Shown: positions 11,917-25,815, numbered from the stretch's first letter. The stretch is 64,000 bases of DNA from Eledone cirrhosa (GCA_964016885.1 OZ024740.1:100068001-100132000), one strand, 5' to 3'. The notes: generated by a model from the letters alone, not told the origin. Numbers and translations are program-made.

Positions 11917-11997
11917 TCTCTCGCTGATGATGCCCGTGGATTATCTGTTGCAAACACACTCTGGGCGAAACAGATTATCCCTAATCTGTCCGAGAGA
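11917..11997 (+). ncRNA. Type I hammerhead ribozyme
   Basis: Stem I TCTCTCG/CGAGAGA, CTGATGA, extra T, stem II GCCC/GGGC with an extended arm, GAAA, stem III CAGATTA/TAATCTG (loop TCCC), GUC cleavage after 11990. Confidence 0.92.
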
Positions 11998-12252
11998 TAT
12001 AATTATTATTGAGGCGGTTTGTATAATATAATTTTAATTTATTTTATCATTCTGTCTGCTTCATGGTTAAATATTTCAAACAATTGTGGTTTTTCAACCC
12101 TCGTAATATTGGACACACGATTTACTGTGCTTCTTACTACATATATATTATTATAATGCTCAGTATTTATACTTAGAGCTTATTGATTACATGGTTTCAG
12201 TATGAGTTATTAACTCTAACTTTCATTTATATATATATATATATATATATAT

Positions 12253-13040
12253 GTTTTAATCCAGCTCCACCGGCTCACGCTGGGAAGCGAAGCCTGCAGC
12301 ATTCAAGCCATGCTTAATGACCTCGTTGAGGGCAGCATGGTGTGGAATGCGGCCGGCACTGTGGCCACAGGAAATCGGGTGGAGGCTGAAACAGTCCACG
12401 GTGGAAGTGCAGCGACATTGGTGTGGCTGGCAGATCCGGAGGCTGAGCCTCAGGAAAACGCCGATGCGCAGGCTATGGTTGTCTGGCTGCGTGCCAGTGG
12501 AGAAGGATCGCAGGTCATGGAGCCAGGCACCACTGGAGGCTGCACCAAAACAAGCAAGGTGGTGCTGCTGGTCGAGCTGGCGCGTGAGCCTGTCCGAGGC
12601 CAGGCTGCACTGGATGGCATCCCAAGTGCGTTGGGGGTCTTGACGTCAACAGGAGGAGGAGAGACGTCTACTGGGCTAAGTCCCAGCCGGTCCCACGTCT
12701 AACAGGCGGCCTCATGTTCTCTGAACACAGAGAGTTCTGTTGTGTTTTGAAAAATCCTGCTGACGAGGACGTGGCACGAAAGATACGCCGGCAAAGCTAG
12801 TGAGATCGGGGACCGGAGGCCAAGGCCGCCATACCTGACAGGTAAAGTGGCCTGTTGCTACCCTATGTCGTCAAACTTGACGTTGCATATCTCTTTGTCT
12901 GCTGCTCGGATACAAGTATCAAGGTCAGCGAGGAGAGATGTCTGGGTGTAGCACGGAGCGCTGCGGAGTGTATAGAGGAGCTTCGGAATGGCAAAGCAGT
13001 TCCTCAGCAGAAAGAGAGAAGCTTAATAATGGAAAAGTTA
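12253..13040 (-). mobile_element. CRE-clade non-LTR retrotransposon fragment (post-RT region and zinc knuckle)
   Basis: The minus strand reads FLLRNCFAIPKLLYTLRSAPC, QATLPVRYGGLGLRS..LALPAY, SGAWLH, then LRIGVFLRLSLRICQPHQCRCTSTVDCFSLHPISCGHSAGRIPHHAALNEVIKHGL..EP. It is truncated at a TA run just before the RLE PD motif. Confidence 0.85.
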
Positions 13041-13599
13041 ATTTGAAAGTGTTTTTCATTAGAAATATTTTAACGAATGGGTTAAGGACTAAATGTTTCA
13101 AAATATAAATATAATTCATATGATATCCATGACCAGACAAGAAAAAAGTACTTAATCATTTCATGAAGCATTTCCATCACCATAGTTAATATACATATTA
13201 AAAAATAGATAAAAGTATTTCTTAAGTGAAGTAACCATTGGAGATATAGATATACAATTCCCTAGCTTTGATCAGATGAAGGCATCTTAGTTCAGAACTA
13301 ATGATAAACAAATAAATACTTTGTAAAGCCATAAATACAAGTTGTTCAAAAGAGTTTTTCTTCTAATAGGATCAATTAGAATATGTTCAATAAGATAGGC
13401 CAAAGATTTTTTTTATTAATCAAGAAAAAATCTATGAAGAAACATTCTCTTCATTTCGTTGGAACTTAATGAGTCGTGTTTGATACATTGATAAGCTATA
13501 TATGAGTTAATCATGTAACGAAATTGTATTATATTCATTTAAGTGGAACTAAAAGAGTTCATTCAAGTATTGACGAAGTATATGTTCCTTTGTAAGCAT

Positions 13600-15000
<1,401 letters not shown>

Positions 15001-15239
15001 TCATTTGTAAATATTTACATAGCTGGTAGATAGTCTAAGACACTCTTGAATGTAAGTAGTGTCAGTTACAGGTATAGACACGTTATGAATCATTGACTCA
15101 CTAGACTTATATTTATACACACACACACACACATATATGTATACCTGCATGCGTGCATATATTTATGCATGAATGATTGTACATATAACCATAAAAGTGA
15201 AATATTCATTCATGTTAAGATATGTGTTTGTTCTTATCA

Positions 15240-15660
15240 TCTTCAACCTCATCATCATAATCATTTAACATCTGCTTTTCCATGCTTGCATAAATTGGAT
15301 GGGACTTTTTCAACATGTCATCTATTCACTTATTGCAGTCTTTTGTTACTTCCGGTGAGCTTCAGCAATTTGAGATTATGTCTCTCAACCTTTACACATG
15401 TCTTCCCTGGTCTCTCTCTGTTGCAGCTTCCAATTTCTTGGCACTGTTTCACCAAAAGGTCATCTTTCATATGCATCACATGTGCATACCATCACATCCT
15501 GCACACTACATCTCATTCTTCTCATACCTAGCTTTTCTCTCAGTTCATCAATGCTTTGTATGTATATGAACATTGAACATCCATTATCTTCATTCACTTC
15601 CTATGTCTCACTACCATGCAACTTCATGCATAACACCAGGGATGATACAGATGTCTTTTC
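15240..15660 (-). mobile_element. Degenerate RTE 3' fragment with a (GAT)n-type tail
   Basis: Tail GCATGGAAAAGCAGATGTTAAATGATTATGATG on minus, preceded by a decayed GRPGKTC-like RTE C-terminus. Confidence 0.45.
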
Positions 15661-16119
15661 CTTCCAGTCTAGATATTTGGGGATATGGCTATAGATTGAC
15701 TGATGTATGGGAAGTGCATTTGAGAACTAGACAGGAAATCTGTAATGAAGCTATTGTAAGAACCAAAGCAAAAGACAAAACAAAAATAACAAAATATCAG
15801 AATCAAGGATATGAAAATAATGAATGAATTTAGAACAGTCACTAGGTCATTTTAGTATTTGATCTATCCCTGACTTGAGTTGAAATGTAACCATAATCTG
15901 CTAGGAATGCCAACTGGTAAACAGTATCATCAATAGAAATATTGTTCTTTTTAGGGAGGTCAAAGGAAAGCGAACTTCATAAACATTCAGACATAACTAC
16001 AATCATTACTTTTACATATATGTTACAAGAAGGAGTATGGAATACATATATTTGTGGCAGTTCACAAGCATATCAAGGCATAGAATTATACTTTCTACGA
16101 TAACAACCAATATAATAAT

Positions 16120-16292
16120 TGTTTCTACTTTTGGCACAAGGCCAGCAATTATCCCAGTGCATTAGTGGTACTTTATCTTATAGACCTTGTAAGGATAAAA
16201 GGCAAAGTTAACCTCGGCGGGATTTGAACTCAGACCGTAACGGGCTGTAACCCTATGCTGAAAAGCATTGCAACTGATACTGCCAATCCACC
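16120..16292 (-). mobile_element. tRNA-headed Nin/Deu-core SINE
   Basis: A-box, B-box, core and tail all present; 14-bp TSD ACCAATATAATAAT (16106-16119 and 16290-16303). Confidence 0.85.
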
Positions 16293-18566
16293 AATATAAT
16301 AATGATCTTTAGGAGTTTCATATATTTTTCAAAGGGAATATTTTAACTGGTATTCATTTTATCTATCTCAGACTAATGAAAGACAAATTTGGCTATAACA
16401 TAATGGGAACTCTGGCTATATAGCGTCATTTAAATAAATACTGATACACTAATCATCTTCATCTTTGTTCTACTGTAATCCTCCTTCAGCCATTGTAGGT
16501 TTTATAATCAATTGTGGCTCTGTATTTGAGTGATTTGTCCTAGCCATCAGAAAATACCCTACGCACTAATAATTATACCAAACTAATGCCATGGATATTA
16601 GTACTTTATTGTAAATGACCTTCAAGGGATAAAGACAAAAATAACCTTCAGATTTGAAGCAAAGCACAGAGTGACAGAACAATTAATTTGAGATACTCTA
16701 CCTAACTATTTAATCACTGCTAATTTGTCAAAAATGTGACATGTTCAATAAAGATTGTTAACATTGAAACAGAGATGTGGGGAGGGCACATATCTAGTGA
16801 GTGTGTATAGTTTATTATATCAACCCTTTATTGTATTTCTGGTACTTTATTTTATCAACCACTGGAAGGTGAAACATAAATAATATTGACACTAAGTAAT
16901 AAATTTTAGCTGCTTTACACTTATTTTGACTAACAGGCATATTTAAGAACTTCAGAAATGGAAAATAAAAACGGATTTCACCAGTGAAAAGCTCACCAAT
17001 AAATAAATAGATTCAATGTGCTACAAATTGAAGCTAAGAACACAAATTTAATCTCTCAACTGAACCATTCCCTTTGTATTTTTATGATATTCGTGACGTA
17101 AACTTTCTATTTCAAAACTTGTATATAAACTCTAATAACAGAAAAATCTTATAAGTGTAATGACACGAGAGATAATTTGATTTTTTTCCTCCTTTCAGGA
17201 ACTCTTTTGTTTATTCATTCCTAAAGAATAATAGAAAATTCAGGGGAAAAATACCTTACTACCATCTTAAATTTAAAATTCAACTTTAAACTCTATAAAA
17301 ATACATTGATATGGAATAGAATACAAAACAAATTTTTTTCAATAGAGAAGGAAAACAAATACCTATCTGGTCATTATTAACCCTTATTAGTCTGCTGATA
17401 AAATATAAATAGTTGTATAGTGTCTGCCGGGGCTGCAGGGCAGCCAGCACATGGAGCCTCTGTTTATTTATAATAGTGAGAGATGGGAAGAGCAAGAGAG
17501 ATAGAGGCAGTGACTGTACCAGCATTGCTGAAGTATTTTGTAGAGTTGAAGGTGAACTCTCGTCACTAATTCTGTCACATTGTAATAAGATTTAAATAGA
17601 TTTAGAAGAATTATAGATTTTAAAAAATCAGCAACATTATGTTATAAATAAAACTAATATAAAATTGTAATACTAAATAATACTGAGAGTTGTTGTGATG
17701 AAATATGTACATTTTTCTTGCGTGTGTAGATATGTGTCTGCACATATATATATATAAACCAAATGAGAGATTATTGTGTTGCATTGGAATATGTGATAAA
17801 TCTAACATAATAAAATGAGGGAAAATGGGACCATCCCTAAACAAACAAGGATGGTACAGAAATGGCCAAAAAATTTGGGAATGTGACAAATCATTAGAAA
17901 ATACTAATCTTCAGTTGACTCCTCTAACCTTTTGCACTAGATAAATAGTTGTGAAACCATAGCTCAAAATCCTACCATATCGATACTTCCAAATCAGGTA
18001 GGTGTCTTCATACCACATCCCTTTTAATATAATGAAAATTGTTGTGTACAGTGCTCAGGTGCACTACAACTCATCAAATGTACATGTATAGTACATAGAA
18101 TTATGTACATATGTCAGGAAAGTGAAAAGTGTAGGAAAATGAACAGTGTAGGATATATACATAAATACATGAATGTGTGTGCATGGAGGGGAAATATCAG
18201 GTGTAGTGTTGGTGAATTTCGGGAAGCATGGAAGCTTTGAAAGTTGAGGGTGTCCTGACAGCTAACAATAAATGATGCCTATCTATTATTATAATAGTAT
18301 TTATTTTAAATTTCTATGTTTGTCTAATGTAGTTGTCTGTCCATGCAACATCCACACTTATTATTCTGTCCCTCATGTTGGTCATCTTTTCAGGATTATC
18401 TCTTTCTAATTTCTTGAATTTTTCATATTCCCCAGTTGTTTTACATCTGTTTCTTTACTGTCCTGTTTCTTCATGCTTTGTCCAATTTACCACTCATTTT
18501 ATTTTATTGTCTTCTTCTTCTATATAAGAAACCATTATCATTATTATTATTATTATTAATATTATT

Positions 18567-20564
18567 GGAGTCTCAGTTATTAATGATATTTAAATGGAAA
18601 GTTTGTTCAAGTGATTATCAAGCCACTACCTGCAACCTCAGATATTCAGGACATATCGGAGGGTTCTTACTGTTCCCAGCAAGCATGTCTTTTGAAGTGT
18701 TCCAAAAGAGGGGGCTGGACTAATGTTCTTTAACCATCCTTGAAAACTCTTTGAGATAGTACCTAGTGCTCCTATGACAATCGGGATGACCTTGATCTCA
18801 TGGCAGTCTCAAATCCTTTTTAACTCCCTCTTTAAATCTTGGTATCAGTTAATATTCTCTGTCTCCTTTCCTTGCACTCCTGTGTCAAAGGGGCAGACTA
18901 CATCTACAATCAGGCACAATCTTTTTCCTTGTACAAAACCACCAGGTCAGGCCTATTGTGTTCTAATTTCTTGTCTGTCTGTATCCTGATATCCCACAGC
19001 ACTTCACCTGATCGTTTTCTATCACCGACTCTGGCTTATACTCATACCACTTCTCAGAATGTGGTAAATTGTTTAGTTTGCATAGATGCCAGTGAATCAC
19101 CTTTCCTATTATATCATGCCTCCAGCCTTTGTAGTGAGTCTGGGCTAGGTGTTTATACTCGGATACAATGTGAGCCACAGTCTCCTCTCTCTCCACAGAT
19201 CCTACACAGTGAGCTAGCCTCCCCCTTATCAATATAGTGTTTCACCCACTCTGTTCTGAGTGCAGCCATCAGCATGCCTTCTGTTGCATTTTTAAGGTCT
19301 CTTCTTTTTAACCTGCTCCATGCCTGTGGATCTCTGAATTCCGTTTTCTTAAAAAAGGTGCTATGAAAGGATTTTTCATGAAGGTTGCTCTTCCACTTTG
19401 TTGTTATCTCCTCCTTGGACATCCCCTTGTCTTCTACTTCAGTACAACTTTGAGCATTGGCTCCCTACTCTCAGACACATATTTGTGCAGACTGCTTTCC
19501 TCCATTTGAATACAGTCCTCTATGCTGATAAGACATCTTCCACCTTCAGATCTCTTTAAGTAGAGTCTATAAAAATCACTCTTTTTGTGGAACATGCTGT
19601 AGGTAGTTATTAGCTTCCTAGTCTTTCTATCCTTTCTTTTTGTTCAGTAACATTCCATTACAGAATTGATGCAATGTACCTAATAATAGACACAGCTCGG
19701 GAATTTACTGTACTTATGACATTCCTACTATTTAGATGTGATTTTGGTATATTCCTTACTCTCCTTATGTATTCAGATCTCATCAATTCCTTCATTTTAT
19801 TGTTCTTGATGTCATCTGCCTCCAGAACACCCAAATATTTTTATCCCTTTCAGTGTCAATTTCCTTTATCATCACACCTATTGGTAACTGGATTCTGTTG
19901 CTTCTGTTCAATTCACCCCTCTTCATCACTAGGACTCCACACTTATTAACATCAAATTCCGTACATAAATCATTGCTGAAAATACGGACAGTATTAACAA
20001 GTACATCCAACTCATTCATACTTTTCCCAAAGAGTTTTAGATCGTCCATGAAGAGGACATGGCTGATGGTAAGCACTCCTCTTCTCAGCTTGTATCCTGC
20101 TTTCATTTTTTGCAATATGAGGGACAAGGGTATGAGTGTAAGGACAAACTACCTCCACCTGATGTTAGCATCTGTTTCCCAGGACTTCATATTTTTACTT
20201 AACAACTGTCTGATATTGTCTGCCACCTTGAAGATCTCTAGGCTTTTGGTTAATCAAGAATGAGAAAGCAAGTCAGTTGCCTTCTTGTAATCTATCTATC
20301 CCATGGACCAGTATGCCACCTCTTGCAATTCCTTATTACCATCTTATCAATAAGTAACTGGTCTTTTGTACCAGGGGACTTCTTTCAGCATCCTTTCTGT
20401 TTATTTGGCAATAAGCTGTTTATGTGGAGATGATAGTAGATTTCCTCAGACACAATGCTTGTTAACAGTTTCCACATTATGGACAGACATGTGATAGGCC
20501 TATAGTTGGTAACCTCATTACCCTTAATTCAGTCTTTAATTACCAGAAGTGTGGTACCTTTTGT
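18567..20564 (-). mobile_element. Dong/R4-clade LINE, family A, 5'-truncated and decayed
   Basis: RT SHVLFMDDLKLF, CRIC..H..C knuckle, RHD..GKVIHW and RLE region. The 3' end abuts (TAA)n. Close paralogue of 29666-32070. Confidence 0.9.
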
Positions 20565-20579
20565 TATTATTATTATTAT

Positions 20580-23113
20580 TCAATGGGCCTGGGTGGCAGA
20601 GGCGCGATGTGGCAACAAGCCACAATTCAGTTTTTATCTGACCAAAACGGGCGTGTGTTGCTCGAACCCGAGCAGATGTGTGAGGCTTTTCAGCAGCACT
20701 TTGCTGAACTGTTCGGGAGCAGCGGCGGGCCAGATCGTGGTATGGACTTCAGTGCATACCTTGACGGACTGCCTCAGCTCTCGACGACTGCAGCACAGTG
20801 TTGCAAAAAGTCAATAACAGCCGGTGAAATACGGGAAGCGATGGCTAACTGCACAAATCGCCAGGTTTGGATGGTCTGGCCTACGAGCTTTATGCATTTA
20901 TGCCAGACTAGTTCGGTGACCTCTTGGCAAACTTCTACTGCAACTGGCAGCAGAATAGGAGCATTCCCAATTTTGTGAGCCAGGGAGTGGTGGCGCTGCT
21001 GAGAAAAGACCCAAACAAGGGGGATGTTATCGATAACTTCAGGCCCATAACCCTGCTAAATGCAGAGTTCAAGATTTTGGCCAAGGTGTTAGCAATGAGG
21101 TTGTCACTTGTCGTCGGGTGTCTGGTGGGAGAGGTGCAGACATGTGCCATTCCGGACAGATCCATACACGACAACCTCCACCTCATGCGATACATCGTAG
21201 AGAGGGTGGTTAAGGAACCTAGCATGGGTGGGGCCCTGATCAATTTGGATCAATCCAAAGCATTCGATAGGGTCGACCATTGGTACCTGGCGGTGGTCCT
21301 CGAGGCAGCCGGTTTGGGGCCGTTTTCAGGGGTTGGATCACTGCGATGTACAGCCACATCTGCTCAGTTGTGAGGGTAAACGGTCACCTGTCGCAGCTGT
21401 TCAGCATCATGCGCTCGGTCCACAAGGGTTGTCCCCTCCTGTCCCTCTTGTACGTATTGGTTCTCGAGCCGTTACTGCATGAATTGGGGGCGATGAAGGG
21501 TGTCCCACGCGAACTAGGATGCAGGATATCCGAGTCCGCTTACGCCGACGACATCACCGTGGTGGTGTTGAGCACCAGACATGTCCAGATGCTTGGCACC
21601 GCTCTCAAAGAATACGAATCGGTGACAGGAGCAAAGATAAACCAGGAAAAGTCGGTGGGCTGCAGCTCAGCACCTGGAGAGGCAAGTCCATGCTGTCCGA
21701 CAGCATCATGGGGCATTGGACGGACAGACCGGTTAAATTGCTTGGGGTCTGGGGTGGACCGGACCTCCAGATGGAGAAAAACTGGAGCGAGGTGACAAGC
21801 AGGGTGGCCTCCCTCACCCAGAAATGGGCCGAGAGGAAACTGTCCCTGAAAGGACGGGCGGAGGTGGCGTATGTGTACATCACATGCATCATCTGCTACC
21901 GCCTCACCTACCTCCCTTTCCCCGGCCCAACTCTCACCAAAATGGAGTGTCTCCGCTTCCGCTTTTTGTAGAAGGGATGCGCTCTCATGGTCAGACGATA
22001 CATCTGCTGCCAACACCCGTTGCGTGAGGACTGGGCATGCCATGGCTGATGATGCGCAAACATGCGCTGAGGCTGCAACATCTCTGGTGCTTCCTTGAGG
22101 ATGAACAGGTGTGGTCACCGTTCGCCAGGCATGTTTTCCCACAGCTCGTCTCCTTGACGGACGTGCAGTCCTGGATCAGGAAAAGACCGAGGGATAGCGC
22201 TTGGAAACTGGAATGTCTCCAGGCACTCACCACCCTCTGCCAGCTGAGCACCAGTATCGGTGAAACATCCACCTCGGCATTCTATAGAGGACTAGTGGAG
22301 GGGAAGAGCGACGACATTCTCGGAGGGATCCTGGGCGTCGAAGAAGATCAGCTGTTTGTTCTCTTCCGGAGAACTTTCAGCCCAGGGCCTATGGATAACT
22401 TCCAAAAATCCCTGGCCTGGTATTGCTACTAGGGAGCGTTGCTGGTTTGAGATAAGATCTTCAGGCACGGAAGTACCGTCAGCCGAGTTGCTGTCGCGTG
22501 TAGGACTGATCCGGTTATCGACTGAGACCATTGTGCAGATGGTCTCGTCGTCTTTTTTCGAGGAGGAAGGGCAGGCAGTTTCATCTGCCTGGTGGCCATG
22601 GCAAAAGAGATTGTTTGGTGGACAAAGTTGAAAGGGTTAAAGACAGACACTTTCCTCTTCGGCGAATCCCTAATTAACTTTTTCAAGTTTCACTTGAAGA
22701 GGAAATCAGGGTGGAGAGGCAAGTGCTGCCTTCTAACAAGTTTATTGAAAGGTGGGTGAATGTAGCGAGAATGGTCCGAGTGAATGAGACCACTCTGAAT
22801 ATACGTCTGTAGTTTGAGAAATGGAAAAATTGAGAGAGGGCATTCGCCCTGGTGGTCAGGGTCGCCGTCTTTTGTGTGGTTTTCGCCACGAGTAACCCTC
22901 GGAGATTTCCCCCTATTGGGGAATGTTTAATTGTTTCAATTTTCATTTTTATTGTTTACATATATATATATTTCTATGTCTTTTTCATTTTCTTTTCTTA
23001 TATAAATAATAAAAATCTTTACACGCACAAAACTCACATCATACCGCCCTGTACCGTCCTGTGTCGTCTGTAATGTTTTTCTTGATGTCAGCCCTTGTGG
23101 CCAATAAAGAAAT
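20580..23113 (+). mobile_element. Tx1-type (L1 clade) LINE, 5'-truncated ORF2 pseudogene plus 3' UTR
   Basis: NFRPITLLNAEFKILAK, LDQSKAFDRVDH, AYADD, RKLSLKGRA. The C-terminal knuckle is deleted near 22490. Flanked by (TTA)n on both sides. Confidence 0.92.
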
Positions 23114-23165
23114 CATTATTATTATTATTATTATCATCATTATTATTACTATTATTATTATTATT

Positions 23166-23350
23166 GGTGATTTGGCAGTATCGATAGAGCGTCAGACACC
23201 ATGTTTTGCAACATAGTTATGGTCATTTACATTCTGAGTTCAAATCCTGCCAAGGTTAACTTTGCTTTTCATTCTTACTAGGTCGATAAAATAAAGCACC
23301 AGTAATGCACTGGGTAATTGCTGGCCTTGTGCCAAAAGTAGAAACAATTA
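23166..23350 (+). mobile_element. Nin/Deu-core SINE inserted in the (TTA)n tail of Tx1
   Basis: A-box TGGCAGTATCG, B-box GAGTTCAAATC, core, and tail GGCCTTGTGCCAAAAGTAGAAACAATTATT. Confidence 0.88.
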
Positions 23351-24165
23351 TTATTATTATATCATCATCATCATCAACATTTGTTTTACATCCATTTTTC
23401 CATGCTAGCATGAGTTAGATGAGTTGTTTGGTTGTGGGTATTGCTAAGTCAGGTGATCATGTCTTTCTCATACAGAACTGATTTTGGCTTGGTTTCTACA
23501 GTTGGATGCTCTTCCTAATGACAACCTCCTTTACAATGAGTATTGGGTGCTTTTGGTCATGACGCCTATACAACCACATTACAGTGTGAGGTGGTGTGGG
23601 GTGGTGTGGTGCATACAGTATGTATGCTTCAGCTTCAGCCTGTGACTGTGGGAAGTCAAATCTTCTATATTACTGCATAATGCCAGAAATCTCAGTCTTG
23701 TGTCATCACCTTTGAAAGGTGCAATTGAGCAACGTCAGCTTTTATCACCTCATCCCAAATCATATGTATATATATGTGTGTGTGTGTGATGGGTTTGATT
23801 CCTGGACATGGTTGTGTATTGTGCTTTTGAGCAAAACACTATATTTTATGTTGCTCCAATATACAAAAACGATGGTAATGATGATAATGATGATGATGGT
23901 GGTGGTGTCATCACCTTTATCAGCATTATTGAATTGTTACAGAAAGCTCATATATATTCGAACTGCTCACAGAATATATGGAAAAACATTTTTTAAATAA
24001 TCAATATTTAACATCTAATATTTGATAATATGATCGAATTTGGTTATATTTAATGCAACAATTATAAAATTATTCATTCTGTTGGATAAAAGAAAAAATA
24101 ATCTTTAAATATATTTCAGTGCATTTTTATCTTCACTTTTTAACTATATATATATATATATATAT

Positions 24166-24350
24166 ATAGGAAAAAGTATGACCCCGACGGCAGAGCTCAA
24201 GCCGTTTCGACGGAGTCCAGAAATAGCTGTCGAAACGGTTTGAGCTCTGCCGTCGGGGTCATACTTTTTCCTATTTCCCACTCTACTACCATAAGTATTG
24301 AGTACTCTGGTGCGTTACGGTCCATCTGGTTCCTTACCACAATTCCTTTG

Positions 24351-24352
<2 letters not shown>
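24166..24352. mobile_element. Small head-to-head inverted insertion in (TA)n carrying the 3' half of a hammerhead
   Basis: 46-bp arms 24166-24211 and 24229-24274 (one mismatch). Each arm reads GTC-GAAA-CGG(..GAGCTC..)CCG-TC-GGGGTC. Confidence 0.7.
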
Positions 24353-24390
<38 letters not shown>

Positions 24391-24492
24391 TTATAGTTGG
24401 GGATAGTCATTTTGCCAACTGAACACACACACTATATAACTTTATATTTATTCTTCCGTCAAATGTCTTTCATCAAATCAAGATTCTTGCTG

Positions 24493-24531
<39 letters not shown>

Positions 24532-25029
24532 ATATTTACCTTGTGTGATTCCACTTAATTAATTTCCATTTATACTATCATTTTTAGACTGCAATATATT
24601 TTTCGAACAGGCCCCTCTATCTAAGGCATGAATGCATCCCTTGTTAACCTGCGTGAAGGACAACTTTGTATGGTTCTTTTTTGTTTTCCTCATCATATTG
24701 CAGTTTCAGTTACAGTGGCCTTATCCTCACCAGTCACTAATCTAGTACTTTGTCAAACTCACAAAGACTAGGCTTTTACTTGCCTCACATAGCTACATCA
24801 TTGGGTTGTGAGAGTTTTCTGTGGAGCTACATTTATCACCCATTGCTCCCTTCCCTCTAGCAGTTTGCTGCTGTTGGTCCTGCGTTGATTATTTATCTGG
24901 CAGTTGCACACTTATATCACAACTAACTATCATACCTGATGGCCATATATCTATTTGACATCTGCAACCCGTTCCCTAGCAGAACAGTTCTGTGAAGAAA
25001 AATATATTGTGGCCTCCATTTCATGCTGC

Positions 25030-25199
25030 AAAAACTGGTGATGGAGCTGCGACCTGTCTATGAGCTTGGCTGATCTTGCTTGTGGATCCAGTCTGATCAG
25101 TTGGAGATGGTTGCTTCTGACAGGACCTGCTGGAAGGAGTGTTTGAGGATTGCCCTCCAACGACCCGCTCAGGAATAAGTGGGCAAAGGAGAAGAAGAC
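25030..25199 (+). mobile_element. RTE (Expander-like) 3' end
   Basis: IQSDQLEMVASDRTCWKECLRIALQRPAQE* followed by a short UTR and a (GAA)n tail. Confidence 0.65.
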
Positions 25200-25574
25200 T
25201 ATCGTTTTAAAATTAAAATATTTTATAGTTAACTTAACCCTTCTCTAAAGTCTTAATTGGAGAAGTATTGTTGATATACCTCGAAATATTTATTTGTATT
25301 TTTAATTTGTGAGCATTACACATAGAGATATAGTCTTTGAGTTTTCAAAAAATTTTTGCTTGTCTCAATAAAAATCCAGCAGTTATAAACATTACGCAAC
25401 ACTGTCATATATAAAAATTGGTAATGCTGTTATACTGTTCAGTCCATTGCTTACTGACTGATAAAAGCAATGTGTGATATATATATAATTTTTTACATAT
25501 ATTGCCATACGAAATTATGGATCTGTGTCCATAGGATATATAGTACAAGCATGGTTATTTTAATACATATACCC

Positions 25575-25630
<56 letters not shown>

Positions 25631-25733
25631 GTATATATATGTATATATATATATACATATATATATATATGTATGTTTATATATATATGTATATATATAT
25701 GTATATGTATATATATATATGTATATATATATG

Positions 25734-25815
<82 letters not shown>
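25575..25815. repeat. (TA)n compound microsatellite
   Basis: Direct observation. Confidence 0.95.

Larger units (their letters stand above)
11522..12141. mobile_element. Head-to-head inverted insertion with ~236-bp near-identical arms, each containing a full hammerhead
   Basis: Arms 11522-11757 and 11906-12141 around a ~148-bp spacer, flanked by (TA)n(TG)n and TA runs. Confidence 0.9.

Noticed and set aside
12310-12702. GC-rich plus-strand ORFs of 130 and 108 aa
   Set aside because: Antisense shadows of the CRE retrotransposon on the minus strand.
17286-17595. Unique, moderately GC-rich stretch with short ORFs on both strands
   Set aside because: No recognisable domain or clear splice pair; a conserved non-coding role cannot be judged from one sequence.
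17950-18535. Possible CR1/L2 3' remnant on minus
   Set aside because: Too degraded to support with a clear motif.
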